Shown piece after piece: positions 17,737 through 27,042 of a stretch of DNA of 64,000 nucleotides (position 1 is the first letter of the stretch; each line of letters starts with the position of its first letter). The DNA is taken from positions 83,998 through 147,997 of the forward strand of contig JAJDCA010000015.1 of assembly GCA_029261055.1 (NCBI GenBank), given 5' to 3'. Below the pieces are notes generated by a model that was not told where the DNA came from, did no database searches, and saw only the letters and a program-made list of their open reading frames with translations. This DNA comes from Candidatus Omnitrophota bacterium (GTDB lineage: Bacteria; Omnitrophota; Gorgyraeia; Zapsychrales; Zapsychraceae). The position numbers and the translations under genes are program-made.

Positions 17737-18513
17737 ATGACTGAAAAGAAAAAAATTATTGAAGCTCGGAATATGAGTGTTGGGTATGGGGATACTGTTA
17801 TTCTTAAGGAAGTAACATTTCACGTCAATGAAGGGGAGATATTTATTATTCTTGGCGGGTCCGGTTGTGGGAAGAGTACTTTGTTAAAGAATCTTATTGG
17901 GCTTTATGACATTATTTCCGGGGATGCTTTGATTGATGGGCAGAATATTGGTAAAGCAGAAGGTCAGGAGTTGGTGAATATATTTAATAAAATTGGTGTT
18001 AGTTATCAAAGTGGGGCTTTATTTGGGTCTATGACTTTATTGGAAAATGTTATGCTTCCTTTAGAAGAGTTTACCGATCTTCCCCAAGATGCACGAGAGA
18101 TGATTGCGGCTATGAAGTTGCGGTTGGTTAATTTGGAAGGGTTTGAACATTTTATGCCATCTGAAATTTCCGGAGGGATGCAGAAGAGGGCGGCCATTGC
18201 CAGGTCCATGGCATTAGATCCACAAATTATATTTTTGGATGAGCCGTCAGCCGGGTTGGATCCGATAACATCGGCAGAGTTAGACCAATTGATTATGCGG
18301 TTAGCCAAGAATTTAGGCATTACTTTTGTTATTGTTACGCATGAGTTGGATAGTGTTTTTACCATTGCAGATCGATGTATTTTTTTAGATAAAGTATCCA
18401 AAGGGATTATTGCGGAAGGTCATCCGAAAGAATTGAAAGAACATTCAAAGGTAGACTTTGTTAAACGATTTTTTAATAGAGAAGTTGAAACAAATCAAAA
18501 GGAAAAAATATGA
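17737..18513 (+). CDS. mlaF: MlaF family ABC ATPase
   Basis: GGSGCGKS, ISGGMQKR, FLDEPSAGLDPI, VTHE. Confidence 0.92.
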   Translation: MTEKKKIIEARNMSVGYGDTVILKEVTFHVNEGEIFIILGGSGCGKSTLLKNLIGLYDIISGDALIDGQNIGKAEGQELVNIFNKIGVSYQSGALFGSMTLLENVMLPLEEFTDLPQDAREMIAAMKLRLVNLEGFEHFMPSEISGGMQKRAAIARSMALDPQIIFLDEPSAGLDPITSAELDQLIMRLAKNLGITFVIVTHELDSVFTIADRCIFLDKVSKGIIAEGHPKELKEHSKVDFVKRFFNREVETNQKEKI

Positions 18514-19358
18514 GTCAAAAAACACAGTATTTTAAAATTGGATTATTTATTCTTATTGGGAGTAGTATCCTTGTCGCCGGTATCATTGTATTAGGCGCCG
18601 GGAAAATATTTGAGAAGAAAATATATGTTGAAACATATTTTTCTACTTCAGTTCAGGGTATTGATATCGGAACGCCTATCAAATGCCGTGGGGTTAAAAT
18701 AGGAAAAGTCGATCAAATTAATATTGTTGGGGATGCTTATGATTTTGGTGGGGATATGGATAAATTTCGTAAATACGGGCTTTATGTGAGAGTACGAGGA
18801 GCTTTAAAAATCGGAGCGATATCCCTTATTACACAAAAATTAAACCAAAAGGAAATTGATCATTTAGTGCAAAATGAAGGTTTAAGATTAAAAATGGTTC
18901 CTTTGGGCATTACGGGGTTGTCATATTTAGAACTTGATTTCGGTAACGGCGAATATCCTCTTATGGATATTATTTGGAAACCAAAATTGGTGTATATTCC
19001 CTCGGTGCCCAATGAATTTGAAATGTTCATTAGAGGTTTGATGACTTTTTCAAAATCAATGAACGAAGACATTAAACCTATTTTGGAAAATTTACGGGAA
19101 GCATCGAAAAGTTTTCCTGAGACGACAAAAAATATCAATAAGGGCTTAGGAAGTGTTTCCGAATTAAGCACGAATTTAAATAGTGCTGTTATTAATGCGA
19201 ATAAGATTATGGGAGAGAATCAGCAGAATCTTAAAGAGACAATGAATAATATTAAATTTATTACCAATGATCTTCGGGATGTCTCTCAAGAATTAAAAAA
19301 TAATCCTTCGCGTGTCATTTTTGGAGAGGCCCCACCCAAACAGGGAGTTGAACGATAA
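18510..19358 (+). CDS. mlaD: MlaD/MCE domain protein
   Basis: N-terminal TM; SVQGIDIGTPIKCRGVKIGKV; GITGLSYLEL; C-terminal NPSRVIFG. Confidence 0.88.
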   Translation: MSQKTQYFKIGLFILIGSSILVAGIIVLGAGKIFEKKIYVETYFSTSVQGIDIGTPIKCRGVKIGKVDQINIVGDAYDFGGDMDKFRKYGLYVRVRGALKIGAISLITQKLNQKEIDHLVQNEGLRLKMVPLGITGLSYLELDFGNGEYPLMDIIWKPKLVYIPSVPNEFEMFIRGLMTFSKSMNEDIKPILENLREASKSFPETTKNINKGLGSVSELSTNLNSAVINANKIMGENQQNLKETMNNIKFITNDLRDVSQELKNNPSRVIFGEAPPKQGVER

Positions 19359-19969
19359 TGAAAAAAATATTTTTATATTGTATGTTATTTGCTAATTTTG
19401 TATTTTTAACGGGATGTGTGAGTCTAAACAAAGATTATCCGGACGTAAAAAGTTATTCCATTCGTATTCTTCGGGAAAAGAATAATGTTGTTCCCTCCAA
19501 AAGAATTACATTAAAGATTAATGCATTTGATATTGCAGAGCAGTTTGCAACCAAAAATCTTGTGTATAAAAAAGAGAAGTTGAATTTTAATGCGGATTAT
19601 TACAATCGATTCACATCTTATCCAGAAATCATGTTAGCTGATCAAATGCGTGAATGGTTCAGTAAAGCTCCCTTTATTAAAGAGGTAATCCTTCCCGAAG
19701 ACTCCAGAACAGCCAATTATTCAATCAATGCGTATATCAGTGAAATTTATGGTGATTTTTCTAAGCAAGAAAAACTCAAAGCTGTTATTAGCATAAAGTT
19801 AACTGTATTAGATGTTCAGAATGATGCAGTGGTTTTATCTAAGTTATACCGTGAAGAAATTAATCTTAAGAAAATGACAGTTTCAGAATTAATAGAAGGC
19901 TATCAGTCTGCTTTTAGGAAAGTTTTAGGGGTATTTGAATCGGATATAAATAAATTCACACATATTTAA
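19358..19969 (+). CDS. PqiC-like ABC auxiliary lipoprotein
   Basis: Lipobox LTGC; follows the MCE gene; YYNRF..P segment. Confidence 0.75.
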   Translation: MKKIFLYCMLFANFVFLTGCVSLNKDYPDVKSYSIRILREKNNVVPSKRITLKINAFDIAEQFATKNLVYKKEKLNFNADYYNRFTSYPEIMLADQMREWFSKAPFIKEVILPEDSRTANYSINAYISEIYGDFSKQEKLKAVISIKLTVLDVQNDAVVLSKLYREEINLKKMTVSELIEGYQSAFRKVLGVFESDINKFTHI

Positions 19970-20010
19970 ATTAAAATTACTGTGTTGACGGAAAACATTA
20001 TGAAAGATAT

Positions 20011-20228
20011 GAAATCGCTTTTGAGCAAAGATTAACGCATTCGGCTCAGAGGAGGCCTCGTTCTGCTCGGCCTCCAATGGTTCGACAAGCTCACCACTAT
20101 TTTAGGCTTGTCGAATAAGTTCGCCTCATGCGCCAATTTTTGCTTTGCGCGATTACGATTCTTAAATTTTTATACTGTCGGTCATCCCGTCTTAACATAA
20201 ACTTCGATAGACGGGATGACTTGAAAGT
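20011..20228. repeat. Composite palindromic element B, copy 2 (first unit carrying a nested ttcgacaagc insert)
   Basis: Colinear with 17453-17705, with compensatory stem changes; insert at 20078-20119. Confidence 0.8.
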
Positions 20229-20275
20229 ATCCGGTAATTTGAATAGCCAAGAAATAATTTAGAAAGGAAAAGATA

Positions 20276-21139
20276 ATGGTAAAGAATATTTATGAGGATC
20301 AGAATTATCCGGAAGCGGTATTGCCTTCGTGTCCGATTGACAAAAAGTTGAAAGGACAAACGGCCATAGTCACAGGGGCCAGTTCAGGTATTGGGCAATC
20401 TATTGCATTGGCGATGGGGCGTGCCGGAGCTAATGTGATTATTAATTACATATCTGGTGATGAGGCTTTAAAGGAAATGGTGCCGGAGATTGAGCGTTGT
20501 GGAGGCAAGGCTATTGGGTTTCAGGCTGATGTTTCGAAAGAAGATCAAGTTCAGGCCATATTTGCCAAGGCATGTGAAGAATTTGGGACGGTGGATATTC
20601 TGGTGAATAATGCCGGTTTACAGCAAGATGCCGCTTTTGATGAAATGACGCTGGCCCAATGGCAAAAGGTGATTGATGTGAATTTAACGGGGCAATTTTT
20701 GTGTGCGCGAGAGGCTGTGCGTGAATTTAAAAAAAGTGGTGTAAAAAAAGAAGTGTCGTGTGCGGCTGGAAAGATTATTTGTGTTAGCTCGGTGCATGAA
20801 GTCATTCCTTGGGCGGGCCATGTCAATTATGCAGCCTCCAAAGGTGGAGTTATGCTTATGATGAAAAGTATTGCCCAAGAATGTGCTCCGTTTCGAATTC
20901 GCATAAACAGCATATGCCCCGGGGCGATTAAAACACCTATTAACACAGAGGCATGGTCCACACCTGAAGCACAAAAAGAATTGCTTAAACTTATTCCTTA
21001 TCAGCGTGTCGGGGAAACGGCTGATATTGCACGAGTCGCCGTATGGTTGGCCTCTGATGATTCCGATTACATTAATGGAACCAGTATTTTTGTAGATGGG
21101 GGGATGTGCCTATATCCGGGGTTTGCTACTGGAGGATAA
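20276..21139 (+). CDS. SDR oxidoreductase, glucose 1-dehydrogenase-like
   Basis: TGASSGIG, NNAG, SSVHEVIPW, YAASK, PGAIKTPIN, DGGMCLYP. Confidence 0.88.
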   Translation: MVKNIYEDQNYPEAVLPSCPIDKKLKGQTAIVTGASSGIGQSIALAMGRAGANVIINYISGDEALKEMVPEIERCGGKAIGFQADVSKEDQVQAIFAKACEEFGTVDILVNNAGLQQDAAFDEMTLAQWQKVIDVNLTGQFLCAREAVREFKKSGVKKEVSCAAGKIICVSSVHEVIPWAGHVNYAASKGGVMLMMKSIAQECAPFRIRINSICPGAIKTPINTEAWSTPEAQKELLKLIPYQRVGETADIARVAVWLASDDSDYINGTSIFVDGGMCLYPGFATGG

Positions 21140-21161
21140 TGGTGCAAAAATATTTTCACTT

Positions 21162-21188
21162 TGTAAGGAAATGCATTCTTGATCGACA
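21162..21188 (+). promoter_or_regulatory. Candidate ECF-sigma promoter TGTAAG-N16-CGACA
   Basis: Same motif and spacing as 15761 and 48951. Confidence 0.5.
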
Positions 21189-21214
21189 AACTGGATAACT
21201 AATTGCTATATTAT

Positions 21215-21342
21215 TTCAGAAATTCTTGAAGCGTCTAAGGCCACCGCGGTGTATGCCGTGCTCAAACAGCCGAGCAGAGCTCGGAAACTGCGCGCGGCAT
21301 ACCCCACAATGCCCTTTTAACGACGCTTCAAGAATTTCTGAA
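21215..21342. mobile_element. MITE-like element, family C
   Basis: Perfect 21-bp TIR ttcagaaattcttgaagcgtc, flanked by 5-bp direct repeat ATTAT; internal stems gtatgccg/cggcatac and ccgagc/gctcgg. Confidence 0.75.
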
Positions 21343-21386
21343 ATTATCTAATACCAGATGAAGGTCGTTAATGGAGGGAATAAAAC

Positions 21387-23183
21387 ATGTCGAATTATCA
21401 ACCAATCGAAAATTATGGTATTATCGGTGATCTACACACCATTGCTTTAGTGGGGATGGACGGATCCATTGATTTTATGTCGTTTCCGCATTTTGACTCG
21501 CCGACGATATTTGCGGCCTTACTTGATCATGAAAAAGGTGGACGCTTTCAAATTTGTCCCAAGCTGGACCAGGCACGCCACAAACAGCTTTATCTTCCGG
21601 ATACAAATATATTGTTAACACGCTTTTTATCAGAAAGCGGTGTAGCTGAAATTTCTGATTTTATGCCTATCGAAGAATGTTGTGCGCACAGGATTGTGCG
21701 TCGTGTCAAAACGATTCGCGGAGAAGTCACCTACCAAATGAAATTTGCCCCAAAGTTCAATTATGCCCGGGATACCCATAAAGTCGAGGAAAAGGAAAAA
21801 GGGATTCTGTTCATCTCGGAAGGTGAAGACAAACAGACCATTTTTCTTCGATGCTCTGTGCCGGTAAAGATTGTTAATGGCGAAGCTGTCGCGGAATTTA
21901 AGTTGCATGCCGGCGAAACAGCTTCATTTATTTTAGAGCAGTATTCAGCCAACGGATCACCGGCCGATGCGCCGGATTACATATCCCGGTCATTTAAATC
22001 CACGGTCAATTTTTGGCGTAATTGGATAGCCAAGTCAAATTACAAAGGACGTTGGCGGGAAATGGTAGATCGCTCTGCGCTTGTTTTAAAGCTTCTGACT
22101 TCAAAGCCACATGGTTCCATTGTAGCCGCCCCAACATTTGGATTGCCGGAAGAGCTCGGTGGTGAACGGAATTGGGATTATCGCTATACATGGATTCGGG
22201 ATGCGTCTTTCACCTTGTATGGATTAATACGGCTTGGATTTACCGATGAAGCTGCTTCTTTTATGAAATGGATTGAAGCACGTTGCGGTGAATTAAATCC
22301 CGACGGTTCTCTTCAGATTATGTATGGCATTGATGGACGTCACAAATTAACAGAAATAACTTTAGATCATTTTGAAGGATATAAAAAATCTGCGCCTGTG
22401 CGTATTGGAAATGGCGCTTATGATCAATTGCAATTAGATATTTATGGCGAGCTAATGGATTCTGTTTATCTGTATGATAAATACGGATCACAAATATCGT
22501 ATGACTTGTGGCAAAATCTCATTCGGTTGGTGGATTGGGTGTGTGATAATTGGCATAAAACAGATGAAGGAATTTGGGAAGTGCGTGGTGGGCAACAAGA
22601 GTTTTTGTATTCCCGGTTGATGTGCTGGGTAGCCCTTGACCGAGGCATTCGACTTGCGCGGAAACGATCTTACCCTGCACCCATTCAAAAATGGAAGTCT
22701 GTTCGTAATGAAATTTATAATGCGATTTTTACTGATTTTTGGAGTGACGATTTAAAGGCTTTTACGCAATACAAGGGATCATCAACCCTTGATGCTTCGA
22801 ATCTTTTGATGCCGATGGTACGTTTTATCAGTCCGACCGATCCTCGCTGGATATCCACCTTAAACGCCATTCAAAAAGAGCTGGTTGATGATTCTCTGGT
22901 GTACCGCTACAAGGTTCAAGAAGGCGCTTCAGATGGTTTGTCCGGCGAAGAGGGCACATTCTGCATGTGTTCATTTTGGAATGTGGAATGCCTTTCGCGT
23001 TCGGGAGATGTGAAGAAGGCCAGGTTTTTATTTGAGAAAATGTTGGGTTATGCCAATCATTTGGGTCTTTATGCCGAGGAGCTTGGGCCAAGTGGAGAGC
23101 ATTTGGGGAATTTTCCGCAAGCATTCACACATTTGGCGCTGATTAGTGCAGCGTATGATTTGAATAAACGATTAGGGGAATAA
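21387..23183 (+). CDS. Glycoside hydrolase family 15 (trehalase/glucoamylase-like)
   Basis: IENYGIIGD, RNWDYRYTWIRD, DEGIWEVR, GNFPQAFTH. Confidence 0.93.
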   Translation: MSNYQPIENYGIIGDLHTIALVGMDGSIDFMSFPHFDSPTIFAALLDHEKGGRFQICPKLDQARHKQLYLPDTNILLTRFLSESGVAEISDFMPIEECCAHRIVRRVKTIRGEVTYQMKFAPKFNYARDTHKVEEKEKGILFISEGEDKQTIFLRCSVPVKIVNGEAVAEFKLHAGETASFILEQYSANGSPADAPDYISRSFKSTVNFWRNWIAKSNYKGRWREMVDRSALVLKLLTSKPHGSIVAAPTFGLPEELGGERNWDYRYTWIRDASFTLYGLIRLGFTDEAASFMKWIEARCGELNPDGSLQIMYGIDGRHKLTEITLDHFEGYKKSAPVRIGNGAYDQLQLDIYGELMDSVYLYDKYGSQISYDLWQNLIRLVDWVCDNWHKTDEGIWEVRGGQQEFLYSRLMCWVALDRGIRLARKRSYPAPIQKWKSVRNEIYNAIFTDFWSDDLKAFTQYKGSSTLDASNLLMPMVRFISPTDPRWISTLNAIQKELVDDSLVYRYKVQEGASDGLSGEEGTFCMCSFWNVECLSRSGDVKKARFLFEKMLGYANHLGLYAEELGPSGEHLGNFPQAFTHLALISAAYDLNKRLGE

Positions 23184-24167
23184 ATGCACACAGAAGATCA
23201 AACAGTAAAATTGACACAGGAAGATATTTATGGCTGGCCTGGGTATAGAATGAGTGTTGGTGACATCAGCCTGGGCATTACCCCCCAAATTGGCGGACGG
23301 ATTATATCACTCACGCATAAGGATGAAGAATTATTCTTTGCTCAAGATGAGCATAAAGGGGAAATATATAATTTTGAAAATGTAGCAGATTTAAAATCTG
23401 AAAAGAAACGTTTAGGCTTTCGTCTTTGGGGAGGGGATAAAACATGGGTTTCTCCGCAAGGCACTTGGTGGGAAAAAATTCCTCCGCTTGAAATAGATGC
23501 CGGTCAATATACCTTCACTAAGGTCGAAGAATTGCCTACATCTGTGACGCTGGAAATGACAAGTCTTGTTTGTCGTGAAACAAATTTACAAGTTACGCGG
23601 TGTATTCAATTAAGAGATGATGAATCCATTCATCTTAAACAAACGTTTTGCAATCATGCAAATGAGGATGTTCGTCTTGGCATATGGAATGTGACGCAAA
23701 TGCTAAGGCCATTTAATGTGTATTTCCCGACAAACAAGTCAAAAATACGTGCATATAAGGATGAAGGGTTAATTGAGGATGCGGAAGCAAAGATTACGGA
23801 AAATAATAATTGGGTCAAGATTTGTTGTGATGATAATACGCATTTTAAGTTTGGAGGGGCCCTTGATTTTGGCGTTAGTGTGGCCTTACGAAATTATCAC
23901 CTGGATGTTCGTCAAGAATCTGTAGAGACATTAGCTTTTGTAAAGCTGTTTGACATTGATTATGGGGCATCTTATGCCCATGATGCCGTTGCCGAAGTTT
24001 ATAATTCTCCCAAATATAATTATTTGGAGTTAGAAGTTCATGCGCCTTTTTATGTTTTAAAAAAAGGTGAAGAATATTCTCACAGTCAGGCTTGGCGTAT
24101 TGGAAGACTCGAAGGGGACGTGACACCTAAACAGGCTTTGGAGGCTTTGACAAAAGGGTATGCATGA
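23184..24167 (+). CDS. DUF4380-like protein (mutarotase-like fold)
   Basis: PQIGGRIIS, GGDKTWVSPQ, YLELEV motifs. Confidence 0.6.
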   Translation: MHTEDQTVKLTQEDIYGWPGYRMSVGDISLGITPQIGGRIISLTHKDEELFFAQDEHKGEIYNFENVADLKSEKKRLGFRLWGGDKTWVSPQGTWWEKIPPLEIDAGQYTFTKVEELPTSVTLEMTSLVCRETNLQVTRCIQLRDDESIHLKQTFCNHANEDVRLGIWNVTQMLRPFNVYFPTNKSKIRAYKDEGLIEDAEAKITENNNWVKICCDDNTHFKFGGALDFGVSVALRNYHLDVRQESVETLAFVKLFDIDYGASYAHDAVAEVYNSPKYNYLELEVHAPFYVLKKGEEYSHSQAWRIGRLEGDVTPKQALEALTKGYA

Positions 24168-24958
24168 TCAATGCTTTGCGTAAACATTGGCCGGAATATT
24201 TAATGGAAGCGTGGGGATTGGGGATGTTCATGGTCTCAGCTTGTCTTTTTGCTGCTCTTTTAGAATATCCAGGATCTCCGGTCAGGCAGATGATTGAGAG
24301 TTCTATTGTACGTCGTGCTTTTATGGGATTAGCCATGGGGTTAACAGCCGTAGGCATTATTTATTCTCCATGGGGCCAGCAATCAGGAGCGCATATCAAT
24401 CCGGCTTTTACTTTTACATTTTATCGTCTTGGAAAAATTGCTTCATGGGATGCCTTTTTTTATATTGTTTTCCAATTTCTTGGGGCTGTTTTAGGCGTTG
24501 CAGTATCTGCATTCTTTTTATCGAAATATGTTACGGATCCTGCCGTCAATTACGTTGTGACAATCCCTGGTGCTGCAGGAACTATTATTGCATTTATTTC
24601 AGAGATGCTGATGTCGTTTGGTTTAATGCTGATGGTATTAATCGTCACGAATCATAAAAAATTATCCGCCTATACCGGTTATTTTGCCGGTATATTTTTG
24701 TTATTTTATATTACTTTTGAAGCCCCCCTATCAGGTATGAGCATTAATCCGGCGCGTACGTTTGGGTCAGCTTTACCGTCAGGTGTGTGGGATGCCTGGT
24801 GGCTTTATATGATTGCTCCTTTAATAGGGATGATGTTGGCCGCAGAATTATATGTTCGTCGCGTAGGTTTAAAAAATATTTTTTGTGCGAAATTAAATCA
24901 TGACAATCATAAACGGTGTATTTTTTTCTGCGGATGCGGGAACTATAGAGGGAGATAA
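24164..24958 (+). CDS. MIP/aquaporin family channel
   Basis: SGAHINPA and GMSINPAR motifs; Cys/His-rich C-terminal tail. Confidence 0.9.
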   Translation: MINALRKHWPEYLMEAWGLGMFMVSACLFAALLEYPGSPVRQMIESSIVRRAFMGLAMGLTAVGIIYSPWGQQSGAHINPAFTFTFYRLGKIASWDAFFYIVFQFLGAVLGVAVSAFFLSKYVTDPAVNYVVTIPGAAGTIIAFISEMLMSFGLMLMVLIVTNHKKLSAYTGYFAGIFLLFYITFEAPLSGMSINPARTFGSALPSGVWDAWWLYMIAPLIGMMLAAELYVRRVGLKNIFCAKLNHDNHKRCIFFCGCGNYRGR

Positions 24959-24966
24959 AAAAATAT

Positions 24967-25036
24967 TGTCATCCCCGAATGTTTTAGTCGGGGATCAATG
25001 ATTTTCAACTGGATTCCCGCCTGCGCGGGAATGACA
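24967..25036. repeat. Palindromic repeat with an ATTCCC-N8-GGGAAT (dRS3-like) core
   Basis: tgtcatccccg...cggggatc followed by ggattcccgcctgcgcgggaatgaca. Confidence 0.75.
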
Positions 25037-25060
25037 GGTTTTAAAATAAGGAGGTTATTA

Positions 25061-26245
25061 ATGTCAGCTAACGAAAAATATGATGTCATTATTATTGGAA
25101 CCGGCGCCGGAGGAGGGACTCTGGCTACAGAACCTGAACGCAGCGAACCGTATGCTCATGCACCTTTACGGCATGAACCGCGTATTCAAGAATTATATGA
25201 TGATTTAAAACGCATCGGACATAATCCATTCCCACTTCCGATTGGCGTACGTCTTGGTGACGATAAATCATACCCGCAACCGGATTATGTTATGGGAAAA
25301 TTTGATGGGTTTCCTGACCCAACCGAATCTAAAGCAGATGCGCATGTGTGCGCCGTGAATCCGGCTTTGGAACACAATAATGTCACTTTGTTAACAGATT
25401 GTTATGTCGAGCGTTTGGAAACAGATGCTTCCGGCCGCGCAATTAAAACTGTGCATGCCCTACACAAGGGACAAGCCGCTATTTTTTCAGCAGATACCGT
25501 CGTTGTTTCTTGTGGAGCGATTAATTCCGCAGCCTTATTATTGCGTTCCGCAAACGACAAACACCCCAACGGTTTAGCGAACAGTTCAGATGTTGTCGGT
25601 CGACACTATATGTGTCATAACAATTCTGCGATGCTTGCCCTTTCGAAGCATCCTAATCCAACAAAATTTGGAAAAACATTCGCGCTTAATGATTTTTATT
25701 TCGACAGCGATGATTTTGAATATCCGTTGGGACATATTCAAATGTTAGGAAAGTCCGATGCGGAAATGTTGAAAGGTGATGCGCCGGCCTTTGCTCCGGG
25801 CATGGCATTGGATTATATGGCTAAACACGCGGTTGATTTTTGGATGACATCCGAAGATTTGCCTGACCCGAATAATCGCGTGACATTAAATGACAATGGC
25901 GAAATTGTCCTGCAGTATACAGAAAATAATTTGGAAGGGCATACGCGCCTCATTGCGAAATTAAAAGGAATGCTTAATGAGTTAGGATGCCAAAATCATC
26001 TTTTTCCTTGTCAGGCTTATTTAGGCAAAAAAATTCCTTTGGCAGGGACAGCCCATCAGTGTGGAACAATCCGCTTTGGAAAAGATCCCAAGACATCGGC
26101 TTTAGATGAAAATTGCAAAGCCCATGATGTGGATAATCTTTATGTTGTTGATGGTAGCTTTTTTCCATCGAGCACCGCTGTTAATCCTGGACTGACTATT
26201 ATGGCTAATGCTTTAAGAGTTGGGAATCATCTTTTAAGAAAATAG
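25061..26245 (+). pseudogene. GMC oxidoreductase with an apparent in-frame internal deletion
   Basis: RBS aaggagg before ATG 25061. YDVIIIGTGAGGGTLA is joined directly to TEP..HEPRIQ, with no E-x-G Rossmann strand or GG.T segment. C-terminal HQCGT..G.D and VVDGSFFP..NP are intact. Confidence 0.65.
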
Positions 26246-26354
26246 GAAAGGAGAATAGACCATAGAAAATAAATAAAATGAAAATACTTAGAATGAATAA
26301 ATAATAAAGTTTATTTTTAAACGGGTTATGTATAGCCCACAAAAAGGAGAGAAA

Positions 26355-26954
26355 ATGAAAAAAAGAATTATGGCATTATTAGCAGTAATGGTTTTAGGGA
26401 GTGTAACGATGGCTTCCGCTGGGGTGAAATACAAGTTGGATTATCCGCATACATCCATTGGATTTAAAGTAAAACATCTTGGAATCAGTTCGGTAAAAGG
26501 TAAATTTGATTCTTTCGACGGAGAACTTCAATTTGATGGCGAAAAATTAGTTTCTTTAGAGGGTAAAGTGGAAATTAACAGCGTTAACACGGGAAATGAA
26601 AAGCGTGACACACATCTTAAATCTGATGATTTCTTTTCGGCTAATACATTTCCATCCATGATGTTTAAAAGTACAAAGATTACTCACGAAGGCGATGATC
26701 TGTCTGTTGTTGGAGAATTGACTATCCGTGATGTTACAAAAGTTGTGACGCTTAAGGGTGAGTTTAATGGATTTGCCGATATGGAAATGAATGGAATGAA
26801 GATGAAAAAAACGGGTTTAGCTCTTCAAGGTTCAATCAATCGTAAGGATTTTGGATTAGCTTTTAATATGCTTAACGGCGCAGGGAATAAAGTTGTCGAT
26901 GATAAAGTCAATTTGACAATTGAAATTGAAGGTAATATGGATATGGGAATGTAG
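26355..26954 (+). CDS. YceI family periplasmic protein
   Basis: Signal peptide; HTSIGFKVKHLG, RDTHLKSDDFF, INRKDFG. Start re-called after aaggag. Confidence 0.92.
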   Translation: MKKRIMALLAVMVLGSVTMASAGVKYKLDYPHTSIGFKVKHLGISSVKGKFDSFDGELQFDGEKLVSLEGKVEINSVNTGNEKRDTHLKSDDFFSANTFPSMMFKSTKITHEGDDLSVVGELTIRDVTKVVTLKGEFNGFADMEMNGMKMKKTGLALQGSINRKDFGLAFNMLNGAGNKVVDDKVNLTIEIEGNMDMGM

Positions 26955-27042
26955 GTAGGTAATTCTTGAAGATAAATCCTCCTGGGAATTGAGAAGGTTT
27001 CATTTCCAGGAGGATATAAAAAATATTTTTGGAGATATTTTG

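Noticed and set aside
17608-17823. 71-aa minus-strand ORF
   Set aside because: Overlaps palindromic element B and the mlaF start; no protein features.
17453-20228. Repeats considered as a CRISPR array or known riboswitch
   Set aside because: No regular repeat-spacer periodicity, no cas genes, and no riboswitch consensus that I recognise.
24998-25060. N-terminal extension MIFNWIPACAGMT of the GMC ORF
   Set aside because: It is translation of the dRS3-like palindrome; a strong RBS precedes ATG 25061.
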